This document shows, piece by piece, positions 18,635 through 30,946 of a stretch of DNA of 53,926 nucleotides. The notes under the pieces were generated by a model. That model was not told the origin of the DNA, did no database searches, and worked only from the letters and a program-made list of their open reading frames with translations. How positions within the stretch are numbered: position 1 is the first letter of the stretch; every line of letters begins with the position of its first letter. The position numbers and the translations under genes are program-made. Source of the DNA: Ignavibacteriota bacterium (lineage in GTDB: Bacteria > Bacteroidota > Ignavibacteria > Kapaibacteriales > UBA2268). Where the stretch lies: contig JACRLY010000045.1 of the NCBI GenBank assembly GCA_016219595.1, forward strand, positions 21,211-75,136. Reading direction: 5' to 3'.

Positions 18635-19578
18635 TCAGAGTTCAGCCGCCAGCTCAAGCTCCTTTGCTAAATCACCTGCGAGCTTCTTGCGGTTAAATTG
18701 CTCAGTGTAATCTTCTTTTGGTTTAGGGAGATTGTTATTCTTCCAGAGATTGTAAAATGTTTCGATTGCCTGTCCGATTGCATACACATCATCGGGTGCA
18801 GTGGCTATTGCGGCTTTTGTGTCGAGTGCAAGCTTTCGCATTACTCCATCAGGAACGCTTGCTAAAATTGGCTTTGCAGCACCGAAATATTCATACAGTT
18901 TTCCGGGTGAACGTGCAAGGTCTTTGAGCATGAACCATAATACGTCCGATTCTAACAATTGTTTAATATTTTCATGATGTGATATATACCCCGTGCTGAC
19001 TGTGTTTTGAGTCAGACCGTACTTTTTAACCATTTTCTCATGACTTTTTCTCATTATGCCGACAAACCTGGCTTCAAGAGATTTGGATTGTCAACCCATG
19101 GGTCACGGTAATCAATAATATAAGGTATATTGAATTTTTTTGATAATTCCCTTGCAACAAGAAAATCCGTGTAAGGAGGAGCAGTTGCCATTATTACATC
19201 GATTTTGTGTTTCTTGAGGATATTTGTACCGAGTGCTACAGCCCTTTTCAACCATTTAGCCTTACTGTCAGGCTGATATATTGTCTGTAAAAATTTCCTT
19301 CCGAGAGTCTGTACAGTGTATGATGGAAACCTGACTGTTTTAGCTTTGTCGGAACTCCCTTTTTTTGGTGGAGTTCTGAAAATTGAAATTTCAGGATTTT
19401 CCAAATCCTTCATCAATGTTTCATCGAATGCATAAAATGAAGTCGGCGATTCTGTCAATATGATTGGTTTCCATCCATATTCCGGCAGGTACTTGATGAA
19501 TTTAACAATTCTCTGAACACCGCTAAGCCCCATCGGGGGGAAATAATAAGCAATAATAAGGACAGTCCTATTAGTCAA
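18635..19578 (-). pseudogene. GT4-type glycosyltransferase split by an internal frameshifting deletion
   Basis: N-half: IAYYFPPMG.SGVQR, ATAPPY, DYRDPW. C-half frame starts SLEARFVGIMRKSH...PGKLYEY. Junction near 19081..19090; the middle of the GT-B fold is missing. Confidence 0.75.
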
Positions 19579-19640
19579 AGCAACTGTCCTTATTCTCTAT
19601 AACAATTTTCATTTTATAATTTTTTTCATTTAATCCTGTA

Positions 19641-19670
19641 AATAATCCAAGATTTAATTCTGGGATTATT
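19641..19670. repeat. Intergenic palindrome (REP-like or terminator)
   Basis: AATAATCCAAGA-TTTAAT-TCTGGGATTATT. Confidence 0.5.
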
Positions 19671-19703
19671 AAAACTAAATTTTAAATTTCAAATTCCTTT
19701 TAA

Positions 19704-20837
19704 TCAACCGACAACCGGAAGCTCTCCGGGTGCAGTTGTTATTGGTTTTCCGCCGTTTCTTGTTACTAATGCCAGGTCTTCGACTCTCATTCCGAATTTA
19801 TCCGGTAAATATATTCCTGGTTCAATCGCGATAACTGCACCTTCTGGCACAATCTGGTCATCTAATCTGAATGTAATTGTAGGCATTTCGTGAGGAACCA
19901 ATCCGATTCCATGTCCGAGCGAATGCTGGAAGTATTGACCATATCCTTCCTTTCGGATAATACCTCTTGCAAATTCATCAAGGGTTTTTCCGTTCATACC
20001 AGGTCTAACGTTAGCTATTGCATGGTCTTTGGCTTTTACAAGCATCTTATATAAAGTTTTTTGCTCTTTGCTGGCTTTCTGGAAAGCAACAGTTCTTGTT
20101 AAATCTGAACAAAAACCATTCACCCTGCACCCGAAATCGAAAATAACAAGGTCTCCGGGTTTGATTTTCCTGTCGCTTGGCTGCCCATGAACCAAAGCAC
20201 CGCGTGGACCGCTTGTAACTATTATATCAAACGGGTCGCCTTCAGAGCCGAGAAGTCTCGATTGATAAGCAATTTCGATTGCAAGGTCTCTTTCTGAGAC
20301 GCCGTTCTTCATTTTCTTGGTTACTTTATCAAACGTTTTAAGTGTGATTTCACAGGCTTTTGCCATGTAATCCAATTCTTCGGGTGATTTAGGAATCGTA
20401 AATCTTTCAACTACGTTTACACCCGGTTTGAATTTGAGTGGTCTTAGCTGATTCCTGATGGCAACTGCATCGGAATAAGTTACCCTGTCTGATTCGAACA
20501 CTATGTTCACGACTTTCTTCAAAACTTTTTTCTGTTTAACGTATTTCCAGACATCCCTGGCTATATATGTTTGTAGATTTGGCAAAGGAAATAATTCAGT
20601 TTTTATTTGTTCTTCGTACCTGTCATCGGTAAAGAAATGCAATTCATCTTCTGTAATGAAAAGAACGGCACTCGAACCTGAGAAATTTGTAAGGTATCGA
20701 ATGTTCGGCAGGTAAGTTACCACGACTGCATCAACCTTGAGGTCGGTCATCGTGAATCTGATCTGCTCAAGCCTTTTATCGCATGCTTTAGGATAGCCTG
20801 CTTTTTGCTCGGTTACTTTTGTTATAGCTTTAGACAT
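19704..20837 (-). CDS. Xaa-Pro aminopeptidase (M24 family)
   Basis: NIRYLTNFSGS, DFGC...SDLTRT, HSLGHGIGL..HE.P, EPGIY...GMRVED. Confidence 0.93.
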   Translation of the reverse strand: MSKAITKVTEQKAGYPKACDKRLEQIRFTMTDLKVDAVVVTYLPNIRYLTNFSGSSAVLFITEDELHFFTDDRYEEQIKTELFPLPNLQTYIARDVWKYVKQKKVLKKVVNIVFESDRVTYSDAVAIRNQLRPLKFKPGVNVVERFTIPKSPEELDYMAKACEITLKTFDKVTKKMKNGVSERDLAIEIAYQSRLLGSEGDPFDIIVTSGPRGALVHGQPSDRKIKPGDLVIFDFGCRVNGFCSDLTRTVAFQKASKEQKTLYKMLVKAKDHAIANVRPGMNGKTLDEFARGIIRKEGYGQYFQHSLGHGIGLVPHEMPTITFRLDDQIVPEGAVIAIEPGIYLPDKFGMRVEDLALVTRNGGKPITTAPGELPVVG

Positions 20838-20853
20838 AGAGTTATTAATTTAA

Positions 20854-22329
20854 TTATTGAACAAAGTAATTTGGTGATTCTTTAGTTATTCTTACATCGT
20901 GAGGATGAGATTCTCTCAATCCTGCGGCAGTAATTCTCAAAAATCCTGCTTTTTGTTTCATATCCGTTATAGTTCTGCTTCCTGTGTAACCCATAGCTGC
21001 CTTCAATCCACCAATTAACTGGTAAATAGTATCGGCGACTACTCCTTTGTATGGCACCCTTCCTTCGATACCTTCAGGCACCAGCTTGGAAATCTCTTCC
21101 TCGACATCCTGGAAGTACCTGTCTGCAGAACCCTCGTGCATGGCACCCTGTGAGCCCATTCCCCTGTATATTTTATAAACCCTGCCCTCGTAAAAGATTT
21201 TTTCGCCGGGACTTTCTTCATGCCCTGCAAACATGCCGCCAATCATCACGGAGTCAGCACAGGCTACTATTGCTTTTGCCAGGTCTCCTGTCTGTTTGAT
21301 TCCCCCGTCTGCTATTATTGGCACATCTGATTTCATTGCGATTTCCGCAACATTCATTATTGCACTGAGTTGAGGCACACCGACACCGGCAACAATCCTG
21401 GTTGTGCAAATCGAACCGGGTCCGATTCCTACTTTCAATCCGTCAACTCCAGCGTCAATCAGAGATTTTGCGGCTTCTGCAGTAGCTATATTGCCTGCAA
21501 CAACCTGTAGTTTGGTATATTTAGATTTAATTTGCTTTACAGTATCAATAACACCTTTTGAATGTCCGTGTGCAGTGTCGACAAATACGGCATCTACACC
21601 TGCTTCGAGCAATGCCGATACCCTTTCCATCGTATTGCCGGCTACCCCGACAGCCGCTCCCACTCTCAATCTACCATGGTCATCCTTGGTCGCATTCGGA
21701 TGCTTCTTCTTCTTCTGTACGTCTTTGAATGTAATCAAACCCTGCAATATATAATGCTCATCTACTACAGGCAGCTTCTCTATCCTGTGCTTCTGCAGAA
21801 GTGTTTCAGCATCTTCAAGAGTGGTTCCCACAGGCACAGTTACAAGCTTATCCTTTGTCATATATTTTGCTATGCCCTCATCTTTAGCAGGATTGAATCT
21901 CAGGTCCCGGTTCGTTACTATTCCAATCAACTTCATGCTGTCATCGACAACAGGAATACCCGATATATGGAACTTTGCCATCAATTCGTGGGCGTCCTGC
22001 ACGGTACTGTTAATTGTAAGAGTAATAGGTTTTATAATCATACCGCTTTCGCTGCGTTTTACCCGGTCAACGTTGTCTGCCTGCCTCTCGATTGACATAT
22101 TCTTATGAATGACTCCCATACCCCCTTCGCGTGCAAGAGCCACAGCCATTTCTGCTTCGGTAACCGTGTCCATTGCTGCACTCAGGATTGGAATGTTCAG
22201 TTTAATCTTTTTTGTCAGCCGTGTTTCGAGGTTTGTGTCTTTTGGGAGAATCTCGGAATAGGAAGGGACGATAAGAACATCGTCATAAGTAATTCCTTCG
22301 GTTCTGATTTTCTCTTGCTCTAATTTCAT
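20854..22329 (-). CDS. guaB: IMP dehydrogenase
   Basis: [12 protein letters not shown] pair, [31 protein letters not shown]. Confidence 0.97.
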   Translation of the reverse strand: MKLEQEKIRTEGITYDDVLIVPSYSEILPKDTNLETRLTKKIKLNIPILSAAMDTVTEAEMAVALAREGGMGVIHKNMSIERQADNVDRVKRSESGMIIKPITLTINSTVQDAHELMAKFHISGIPVVDDSMKLIGIVTNRDLRFNPAKDEGIAKYMTKDKLVTVPVGTTLEDAETLLQKHRIEKLPVVDEHYILQGLITFKDVQKKKKHPNATKDDHGRLRVGAAVGVAGNTMERVSALLEAGVDAVFVDTAHGHSKGVIDTVKQIKSKYTKLQVVAGNIATAEAAKSLIDAGVDGLKVGIGPGSICTTRIVAGVGVPQLSAIMNVAEIAMKSDVPIIADGGIKQTGDLAKAIVACADSVMIGGMFAGHEESPGEKIFYEGRVYKIYRGMGSQGAMHEGSADRYFQDVEEEISKLVPEGIEGRVPYKGVVADTIYQLIGGLKAAMGYTGSRTITDMKQKAGFLRITAAGLRESHPHDVRITKESPNYFVQ

Positions 22330-22623
22330 AATAATTTCCAACACTTTTCGGAAAATTGCGAAAAAAATAAACACAAAATTCGCAAAAAAAAAGGACTTAT
22401 TAGTAGTTTTTTTTGATTTCGGTATAATTTTTTCTAAGGATTAATTAATTCTTTAAGTAAATATATGGATATAAACGGGTTAGTGGTTGTAAGCTGAATT
22501 TGATGAAAAGAAGAAATGGACTTTAAGAATAAAAAAATTAAAAAGTGGATTTTTTATCTTTGTCATTAATGTATTTTTTTATTTATTGAAAACAAAAGAA
22601 TAAAAGTTTTTTTTCCGGCTATA

Positions 22624-22648
22624 GATCCTGAGCCAAGTTCAGAATGAC
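22624..22648. repeat. REP-like element GATCCTGAGCCAAGTTCAGAATGAC
   Basis: Imperfect palindrome; related copy at 35401..35425. Confidence 0.55.
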
Positions 22649-22676
22649 ATTCACTCAACACTTAAAAATTAAAACT

Positions 22677-23102
22677 TTAATTCGCCTCTTTCATCTTCTC
22701 CACGGCTTTGAGCTTGATTTCTGAGAGAAGTAATTGCTTTTTGAGTCCTGCTTTTTCTTCTGCTGTTTGTGCTGAGTTGAGTGCCTCGAGTGTGTTTTTC
22801 ATTTCTTGTTTGATTGAATCTATATCGAGTGCTCCGGCTTCATCTGCATTTTCTACGAGAACTGAGATTTGATTTTTTCTTACTTCAGTGAATCCAGAAT
22901 TTGTGGCAAAAAATAATGTTTTGTCCGTTTCATCAACTACTTTCACTATGCCAGGGTCGAGATTTGATACAATCGGTGCGTGGTTGTTCAGCACCTGGAA
23001 AGGGCTGACTGAACCCGGAACTGAGCATGATTGTACCTTCCCTGAAAATACAACTTTTTGCGGCGTAACTATTTCGAGCATCATTAATTTATCTTCTGCC
23101 AT
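22677..23102 (-). CDS. atpC: F1 ATP synthase epsilon subunit
   Basis: LEIVTP...VPG..PFQVLNNHAPIVS; directly downstream of atpD. Confidence 0.95.
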   Translation of the reverse strand: MAEDKLMMLEIVTPQKVVFSGKVQSCSVPGSVSPFQVLNNHAPIVSNLDPGIVKVVDETDKTLFFATNSGFTEVRKNQISVLVENADEAGALDIDSIKQEMKNTLEALNSAQTAEEKAGLKKQLLLSEIKLKAVEKMKEAN

Positions 23103-23145
23103 AAATTACCTGTTTCTTTTTTATTCAATTTTTTGAGTATGAGAC

Positions 23146-23163
23146 CCCACACTAAAGTGTGGG
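23146..23163. repeat. Palindrome CCCACACT-AA-AGTGTGGG
   Basis: Same TAAA-centred palindrome style as 34480..34499, 34577..34596 and 49923..49942. Confidence 0.65.
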
Positions 23164-23172
23164 ATTAATGTT

Positions 23173-24594
<1,422 letters not shown>

Positions 24595-24837
24595 TTATTT
24601 TTTAATAATTTATATTTATTCGTTATTGACAAAAATGGCTGAAAATCCATTAAAATGTGAATGGCAAAAATAATGAATTATTTGAACATTGGCAAAGATG
24701 AGCCGATTTTCATCGAGTTATATTAATTGAAATTGAGATTTGTAATCACTGAGTTTTTATTTAAATTATTTATTTAGAATTACGGTAAATAATATATATT
24801 GCAATTCAATAAGTTTATAATAGTTAAAGAGTGCAAA

Positions 24838-25014
24838 ATGGAAGATGAAAGCGAATTCAAAATTGACCCCACAGGCTATGACGAAATGATTCGACAGGCA
24901 ATAGCCGAAGTTATTGCAGAAAAATTCATGAACGGCGAGATGTATCTCAAAGTCGTCGATGATTACAAGAAAAATGGAGATGATGTCTCTTCAGTTAATG
25001 ATATGGAGAAATAA
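24838..25014 (+). CDS. Small acidic hypothetical protein
   Basis: 58-aa ORF with coding-like composition, divergent from atpD. Confidence 0.5.
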   Translation: MEDESEFKIDPTGYDEMIRQAIAEVIAEKFMNGEMYLKVVDDYKKNGDDVSSVNDMEK

Positions 25015-25304
25015 ATAATGAACTTATTATCCTTTTTACTCCTTAATGACAAAAATAGAACCCTTTAATCCAACCTTATTAGCTTATTTTTATTTTTAAT
25101 ACGGAAATAAGGAAATAAGGTTTTATCTCATTCTGCATTGATTTTCTATTAAGGATTTAAAGGATTATATAAAGTTTTTTTAAAAATTATGACATTTTAA
25201 ATTAAAAATTCATTTTAAATTTCAAATTTCAAATTTTAAATTATTATAAAGTTCAATGACAAAATCTATGTAATATCTGTTATTAAACAAAGATTGAGGA
25301 TTAA

Positions 25305-25808
25305 ATGGCAAATCAAAATACTTTAGTTGGAATAATAATGGGAAGCGATTCAGACCTTCCCACAATGAAGCAGGCTGCGGATGTCTGCAAAGAGTTCGAA
25401 ATCGGCTACGAAGTCAAGGTAATATCTGCACACCGCAATCCATTGGATGCAATTGAATACGGAGCAAATGCACACAAAAAAGGGATGAAAGTGATTATCG
25501 CAGGTGCAGGCGGTGCGGCACATTTGCCGGGTGTTCTTGCAGGAAACACACCACTACCGGTTATTGGTATACCTATTGAATCTAAATCCCTGAAAGGATT
25601 GGATTCACTGCTGTCAATCATACAAATGCCTCCCGGTGTACCTGTTGCAACAGTTGGAATAGGTGCAGGAAAAAATGCAGGATTGCTTGCAGTGCAAATA
25701 ATCGGAGCTTCTGATGATTCAATTCAAAAGAAATATCTCAAATACAAGGAAAAGCTCGCCGATGAATCGAGAGCAAAGAACGAGAATCCCGATGTGAAAA
25801 ACGCCTGA
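25305..25808 (+). CDS. purE: N5-CAIR mutase
   Basis: IIMGSDSDLP, SAHR.P, AGAGGAAHLPG, QMPPGVPVATV. Confidence 0.97.
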   Translation: MANQNTLVGIIMGSDSDLPTMKQAADVCKEFEIGYEVKVISAHRNPLDAIEYGANAHKKGMKVIIAGAGGAAHLPGVLAGNTPLPVIGIPIESKSLKGLDSLLSIIQMPPGVPVATVGIGAGKNAGLLAVQIIGASDDSIQKKYLKYKEKLADESRAKNENPDVKNA

Positions 25809-25861
25809 TATAAGATTAGTATTCTGGAAATTTGTATTAAAAAGAAAGAATGAAATTTAAA

Positions 25862-25899
25862 AAAATTATTCAGAATTTTAATAAATCCTGAATAATTTT
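25862..25899. terminator. Hairpin between convergent purE and tRNA
   Basis: AAAATTATTCAG ... CTGAATAATTTT 12-bp inverted repeat. Confidence 0.5.
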
Positions 25900-25912
25900 A
25901 ATATATTTTTTG

Positions 25913-25986
25913 TGGGCCCTGAGGGACTTGAACCCCCAGCCTACGGATTATGAGTCCGGCGCTCTAACCAATTGAGCTAAGGGCCC
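25913..25986 (-). tRNA. tRNA with CAT anticodon, most likely tRNA-Ile2 (lysidine); CCA not encoded
   Basis: GGGCCCTTAGCTCAATTGGTTAGAGCGCCGGACTCATAATCCGTAGGCTGGGGGTTCAAGTCCCTCAGGGCCCA folds as a cloverleaf; acceptor stem and anticodon arm are Ile2-like. Confidence 0.92.
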
Positions 25987-26161
25987 CCTTGATGTATTCA
26001 ATTCAAAACTTTTTCCAAAAAAGGATTGCAAATTTACGAAAACTTTTTATTCATATCAACTGTGATGAGCAGATAATTCTATAAAGTCAATGGTATCTCC
26101 AGACTTGTCCTTATTCTAATAAAAAAAGAAAATTAATTCTTAATTATTCTCTATTCACTAA

Positions 26162-26947
26162 TTAATAATTGAATAGTCCGATAAACAGTCCGAATTGTGC
26201 ATATAAACCGCTTGCATTAAGTTTATCAGGAGGCTTGTTTTCATTAGGAAAAGTAGAATTTTTATTGAATTTCCATTCATTCATTAATGAAACAGAATAT
26301 CCGGCGCTTCCCCTCAATGCTATGAATGGCGTTACTGCAAATTCTATATTCAGGTGTGGTTGAACAAGCCAAAAACCTGCTTCAATTCTATTCATAAAGT
26401 TATTGGGATTGACATCTTCTCCAATTTGATTCCATGAATAATTGCCTGTAGTTCTGTAATATTCTACAGCCATTGTACCCCAGCCGAGATTTACACCGGC
26501 TAAAATTGCAAGGCGGCGTGTCGGTACAAAAGCATAATCAAAAGAAAGTCCGTTGAAACTAATAGAATAGTCAATACTTCTTGTTGTATCAGCAATTACT
26601 GATTTAATTGTCTTGGAACCACCCGCACCAAAAAAGCTAAGTCTCATATTCGGTATAATACCTATAGCTGTGAAGCCTTCGGCTCCGGGCATAAATATAT
26701 TAGAACCTTTAAATCTCTCTTTTCCCATTGACGGAAAATTTGAATCTATAAGTTTGTCTATTTCATCGAAATTGGCAAAGAAAAATGTTCCGGTAAATCC
26801 ACCTGCAATTGCAAAGTAAGGAACTTTATCCTCTTTGATGGGAGTGCTTTCGAATGACAGGTCGAGACTGTCGAGCATATCATCCTGTGACCACAGAAAA
26901 TTTGTTCCAAGTAATAATATTGCTATAACAATAATTTTGATTTTCAT
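26162..26947 (-). CDS. Putative outer-membrane beta-barrel protein
   Basis: Signal peptide, alternating aromatic/Gly strands, terminal YAQFGLFIGLFNY. Confidence 0.7.
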   Translation of the reverse strand: MKIKIIVIAILLLGTNFLWSQDDMLDSLDLSFESTPIKEDKVPYFAIAGGFTGTFFFANFDEIDKLIDSNFPSMGKERFKGSNIFMPGAEGFTAIGIIPNMRLSFFGAGGSKTIKSVIADTTRSIDYSISFNGLSFDYAFVPTRRLAILAGVNLGWGTMAVEYYRTTGNYSWNQIGEDVNPNNFMNRIEAGFWLVQPHLNIEFAVTPFIALRGSAGYSVSLMNEWKFNKNSTFPNENKPPDKLNASGLYAQFGLFIGLFNY

Positions 26948-27161
26948 AGTTTTCCCCGTAATTATTTATTTGTTTTTTTCAAAAATAATCAATCTTTGTA
27001 ACAAGAACACATTTTTATAGGATGTGCAATTCATTGAAGAAACGAAACGATTATGAGATGGAAATATTCTTTTCTTTCAGAATTTTAAGTAATAATCTTT
27101 TATTAATTACGTTATCTAATTTTCTAATTAATTTTGAATTTTAAATAAACTAAGTATCACA

Positions 27162-29084
27162 ATGAACATAACTTTTCCGGATGGAAGCACCAGGGAATAT
27201 CCCACAGGTACAACAGGAATGGAAATCGCTAAATCCATTTCCGAAGGACTCGCAAGAGAAGCTCTCGGTATATTTGTTAATGAAAAAAAATATGATTTGT
27301 CGCGTTCGATTAATGAAGATGCAAGTGTAAGAATTGTAACTTTCAACGATGAGGAAGGAAAGGAAATCTTCTGGCATTCATCTGCACACCTGATGGCTGA
27401 AGCAATACAAAGCATTTATCCGGGAGTAAAATTCGGTGTTGGTCCTGCAATCGAAAATGGTTTTTATTATGATGTTGACCTGCCTGAAGGTGTAGTTCTT
27501 TCAACTGATAATCTGCCACAGGTTGAAGAAAAGATGCGGGAACTTGCTAAGAAGGAATCCGAATATAAAAGAATTGAAATTTCATGGGAAGATGCTGTAA
27601 AGCATTTCAAACAGGTTGCTGATGAATACAAACTCGAACTTCTTGACGGATTGAAAAATGATGAAATTACATTTTATCAGCAGGGTAATTTTATAGATTT
27701 ATGCCGTGGAACACATGTTCCAAATTCAAGTGTCTTAAAACATGTTAAACTGCTTGCAGTTGCCGGTGCTTACTGGAAGGGTGATTCGACGAGGAAAATG
27801 ATGACAAGAATTTACGGAGTGACATTCCCTAAGAAATCAATGCTCGATGAACATCTGCTCATGCTCGAAGAGGCAAAGAAACGCGACCACAGGAAATTAG
27901 GAAAAGAGCTCGAATTATTTATTATTACGCCTGAAGTTGGTGTAGGTCTTCCGGTTTGGTTACCGAAGGGTACTATTGTTCGAAGAATTTTGGAAAGATT
28001 CATAAGTGAAGAATTGAAAAAGAGAGGATATAAAGAAGTCATAACTCCTCATATAGGAAATCTGAATTTGTATAAAACATCGGGACATTATCCATATTAT
28101 TCCGATTCTCAGTTTGCTCCAATCAAAGTGGAAGAAGAAGAGTATATGCTGAAACCGATGAACTGTCCTCATCACCACTCGATTTATGCATCTAAGCCGA
28201 GAAGTTACAAAGAACTTCCTTTAAGATTAGCCGAATTCGGAACAGTTTACCGTTATGAGCAATCAGGGGAATTAACCGGTTTAATCCGTGTCCGTGGATT
28301 TACTCAGGATGACGCACATATTTACTGTATGCCCGAACAGTTAAAAGATGAATTAAAAAACAATATAGACCTGACACAGCTTGTATTCCGCACATTCGGC
28401 ATGGAAGTGACAACACGTCTATCATTCCGTGATGACAAAGAAGGAAAATATATCGGCGATTTGGAGACATGGAATATTGCAGAAAGAATAATTAAGGAAG
28501 TCGCAGACGAAGTCGGGTTGAATTATAAAATAGGTCTTGGTGAGGCATCGTTCTACGGACCGAAAATAGATTTTATCGTGAAAGATTCTATTGGACGCAA
28601 ATGGCAGTTAGGCACCGTGCAGGTTGATTATGTTATGCCGGAAAGGTTTGGACTCGAATACACAGGCGAAGATAATCAGAAGCACAGACCGGTTGTAATT
28701 CACAGGGCGCCTTTCGGTTCAATGGAAAGATTCATGTCGATATTAATAGAGCATTTTTCAGGGAATTTCCCCTTCTGGATTGCACCTGTGCAGGCGAGTA
28801 TTTTACCAATCAGTGACAAACAGCATGATTATGCACAGGAAATTGAGCAAAAGCTTGACAAACTCGGATTCAGGATTTCAATTGATTTGAGAAGTGAGAA
28901 GGTAAACAGGAAAATTGCGGAATCGGAACAGCAGAAAATACCTTTTGCATTAATTGTCGGTCAGAAAGAAGCAGAAAGCGGAACTGTAGCACTGCGTCAG
29001 CACGGCAAAGGGGACTTAGGCACAAAATCTGTTGATGAGCTTGTCAATTTGTTTAATGATTTGAATAAGCCTGGTGTGATTTAA
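27162..29084 (+). CDS. thrS: Threonyl-tRNA synthetase
   Basis: TGS domain, WHSSAHL, DLCRGTH, RDHRKLG, KPMNCP, FYGPKID, HRAPFGSMERF. Confidence 0.98.
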   Translation: MNITFPDGSTREYPTGTTGMEIAKSISEGLAREALGIFVNEKKYDLSRSINEDASVRIVTFNDEEGKEIFWHSSAHLMAEAIQSIYPGVKFGVGPAIENGFYYDVDLPEGVVLSTDNLPQVEEKMRELAKKESEYKRIEISWEDAVKHFKQVADEYKLELLDGLKNDEITFYQQGNFIDLCRGTHVPNSSVLKHVKLLAVAGAYWKGDSTRKMMTRIYGVTFPKKSMLDEHLLMLEEAKKRDHRKLGKELELFIITPEVGVGLPVWLPKGTIVRRILERFISEELKKRGYKEVITPHIGNLNLYKTSGHYPYYSDSQFAPIKVEEEEYMLKPMNCPHHHSIYASKPRSYKELPLRLAEFGTVYRYEQSGELTGLIRVRGFTQDDAHIYCMPEQLKDELKNNIDLTQLVFRTFGMEVTTRLSFRDDKEGKYIGDLETWNIAERIIKEVADEVGLNYKIGLGEASFYGPKIDFIVKDSIGRKWQLGTVQVDYVMPERFGLEYTGEDNQKHRPVVIHRAPFGSMERFMSILIEHFSGNFPFWIAPVQASILPISDKQHDYAQEIEQKLDKLGFRISIDLRSEKVNRKIAESEQQKIPFALIVGQKEAESGTVALRQHGKGDLGTKSVDELVNLFNDLNKPGVI

Positions 29085-29170
29085 GTTAAAAGTTGTAAGT
29101 TCATAAAGTTATAAAGTAATTATTTTAGTTAATTTTGCAACTAAATTGAAATAGAAACTTTGGAGGAATT

Positions 29171-29383
29171 ATGAATACAGCAATTTTGGTATCACCTAAA
29201 GATAAAACTGAGTTAAATTTCATCTCAGAATTTTTTTGGAAAACAAAAATTAAATCAAAAATTTTAAGTCTCGAAGAACTCGAAGATTTTGGCTTGGGAT
29301 TATTAATGAATGAAGCTGACAGGAATGATAAAGCAAATAAAGAAGCTGTGTTGAGAAAATTGAGAGCAAATAAAATAAATTAG
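29171..29383 (+). CDS. Small hypothetical protein, antitoxin-like
   Basis: 70 aa, GGAGG SD, LEDFGLGLLMNEADR...VLRKL; no toxin ORF follows. Confidence 0.6.
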   Translation: MNTAILVSPKDKTELNFISEFFWKTKIKSKILSLEELEDFGLGLLMNEADRNDKANKEAVLRKLRANKIN

Positions 29384-29516
29384 GATAAAAAAATATTATC
29401 ATTCTTAGAACGTTAAAAATCATTATTAATTTATTTGATGTGCCTATTATAAATTGAACCTTGATAAATAATTGGATTGAAAAATCCTGATTTTAAAACA
29501 AATTCAAGGGATTCTT

Positions 29517-30875
29517 ATGTCAAGTCAAAAAATCATTATCAAATTGATAATTATAGCAGCTCTTGTTATCTGTTCATTAATTCCTCTTGTTCTTATCGGT
29601 TTCATAGTTGAAGAACGTAAAGACAGGAGAGTCGAAGTTGAAAGCGAAGTCAGCCGGCTTTGGGGTGAAGCACAGCAGGTCATCGGTCCCATAATGGTCA
29701 TACCATACAACGAACATGAAAAAAAGATTGAAAGCAATGGGAAAACTACCGATAATTTAATTTACCGGTATGCATATTTTTTGCCGGATATGATGAAACT
29801 GGAATCTGAATTAATTCCACAAATAAGATACCGCGATATATATGAAATACCCGTTTATGAAACATCTCTGAGACTTGAGGGGAGTTTTCCTTTTCCTGAT
29901 TTTAAGTCTTTGAATATTGACTCATCAGATGTATTTTGGGATGATGCCTGCCTGATAGCAAGTTTTTCAGATATGAGAGGTATCAAAAAAGAAGTTGATT
30001 TACAATGGAATAATTCAAAAAATTCAGGTGAGAATAAATTATATTTTTTGCCGGGATTAATTGGTCCAGGCCTATTCAATTCGGGAATGCACGTTAAGCT
30101 GACGGGATTAAGAAACAACTCAAATGATACTTCTTTTGAATATTCATTCTCACTGAATCTGAATGGAAGCCGTTCACTAAGTTTTGCTCCTGTGGGTAAG
30201 GTGAATTATGTTACAATTGCATCAAATTGGTCGAATCCAAGTTTTTCAGGTTCTTTTCTTCCAACGTCAAGAACTATAGGCAAAGGTAAGTTTGAAGCAA
30301 ATTGGGAAATAACATATTTTGGAAGGGACTATCCCCAAAGCTGGAAATCAAGTGATGATGTATCCCAAATCAATAGTAAAATATTTAATTCATTATCTAC
30401 TGCAGAACTAATAATACCGGTTGATACGTATCAGAAAACATCACGTTCGGTTAAGTATGGAATCCTGTTCATAGCCCTTACTTTTCTTACATTCTTCCTG
30501 ATAGAAATACTGAGGAAGATGAAAATTCATCCGCTTCAGTACTTGCTGGTCGGTCTTGCACTTACAATGTTTTACCTGCTTTTGCTGTCTCTTTCGGAGC
30601 ATTGGAATTTCTTATATGCATATATAACTGCTGGTATCGCAAATATATTATTAATCAGTGCGTATGTTTTTGCTTTTCTTAAAAGCAAAAAGGAAGGATT
30701 ATTACTCGCTGCGGTTTTGATTGTATTGTATGGTTATTTATATGTACTTTTGCAGCTTGAAAACTATGCTTTATTACTCGGTTCATCAGGATTGTTCCTA
30801 ATCCTGGCTTTCGTTATGTATATAACGAGAAAAATTGACTGGTACACGGTTGGTAATCAAACTGAAAAAAAATGA
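29517..30875 (+). CDS. creD: Inner membrane protein CreD
   Basis: N-terminal TM + ER, WG..Q...GP, PSFSG.FLP, RSVKYGILFI, IHPLQYLLVGLAL..FYLLLLSLSEH, TRKIDWY. Confidence 0.93.
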   Translation: MSSQKIIIKLIIIAALVICSLIPLVLIGFIVEERKDRRVEVESEVSRLWGEAQQVIGPIMVIPYNEHEKKIESNGKTTDNLIYRYAYFLPDMMKLESELIPQIRYRDIYEIPVYETSLRLEGSFPFPDFKSLNIDSSDVFWDDACLIASFSDMRGIKKEVDLQWNNSKNSGENKLYFLPGLIGPGLFNSGMHVKLTGLRNNSNDTSFEYSFSLNLNGSRSLSFAPVGKVNYVTIASNWSNPSFSGSFLPTSRTIGKGKFEANWEITYFGRDYPQSWKSSDDVSQINSKIFNSLSTAELIIPVDTYQKTSRSVKYGILFIALTFLTFFLIEILRKMKIHPLQYLLVGLALTMFYLLLLSLSEHWNFLYAYITAGIANILLISAYVFAFLKSKKEGLLLAAVLIVLYGYLYVLLQLENYALLLGSSGLFLILAFVMYITRKIDWYTVGNQTEKK

Positions 30876-30892
30876 TATTGATTTTAATTACA

Positions 30893-30914
30893 GGGGTTCA
30901 AGATTTTGAATCCC
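30893..30914. repeat. REP-like palindrome GGGGTTCAAGATTTTGAATCCC
   Basis: Imperfect inverted repeat; same style as 39547..39572. Confidence 0.45.
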
Positions 30915-30946
30915 GACAATTATTGTAGAATAAACAGGGATTGATT

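Noticed and set aside
25913-25986. Integration site or genomic island at the tRNA
   Set aside because: No duplicated tRNA 3' end or integrase seen; flanks are housekeeping genes
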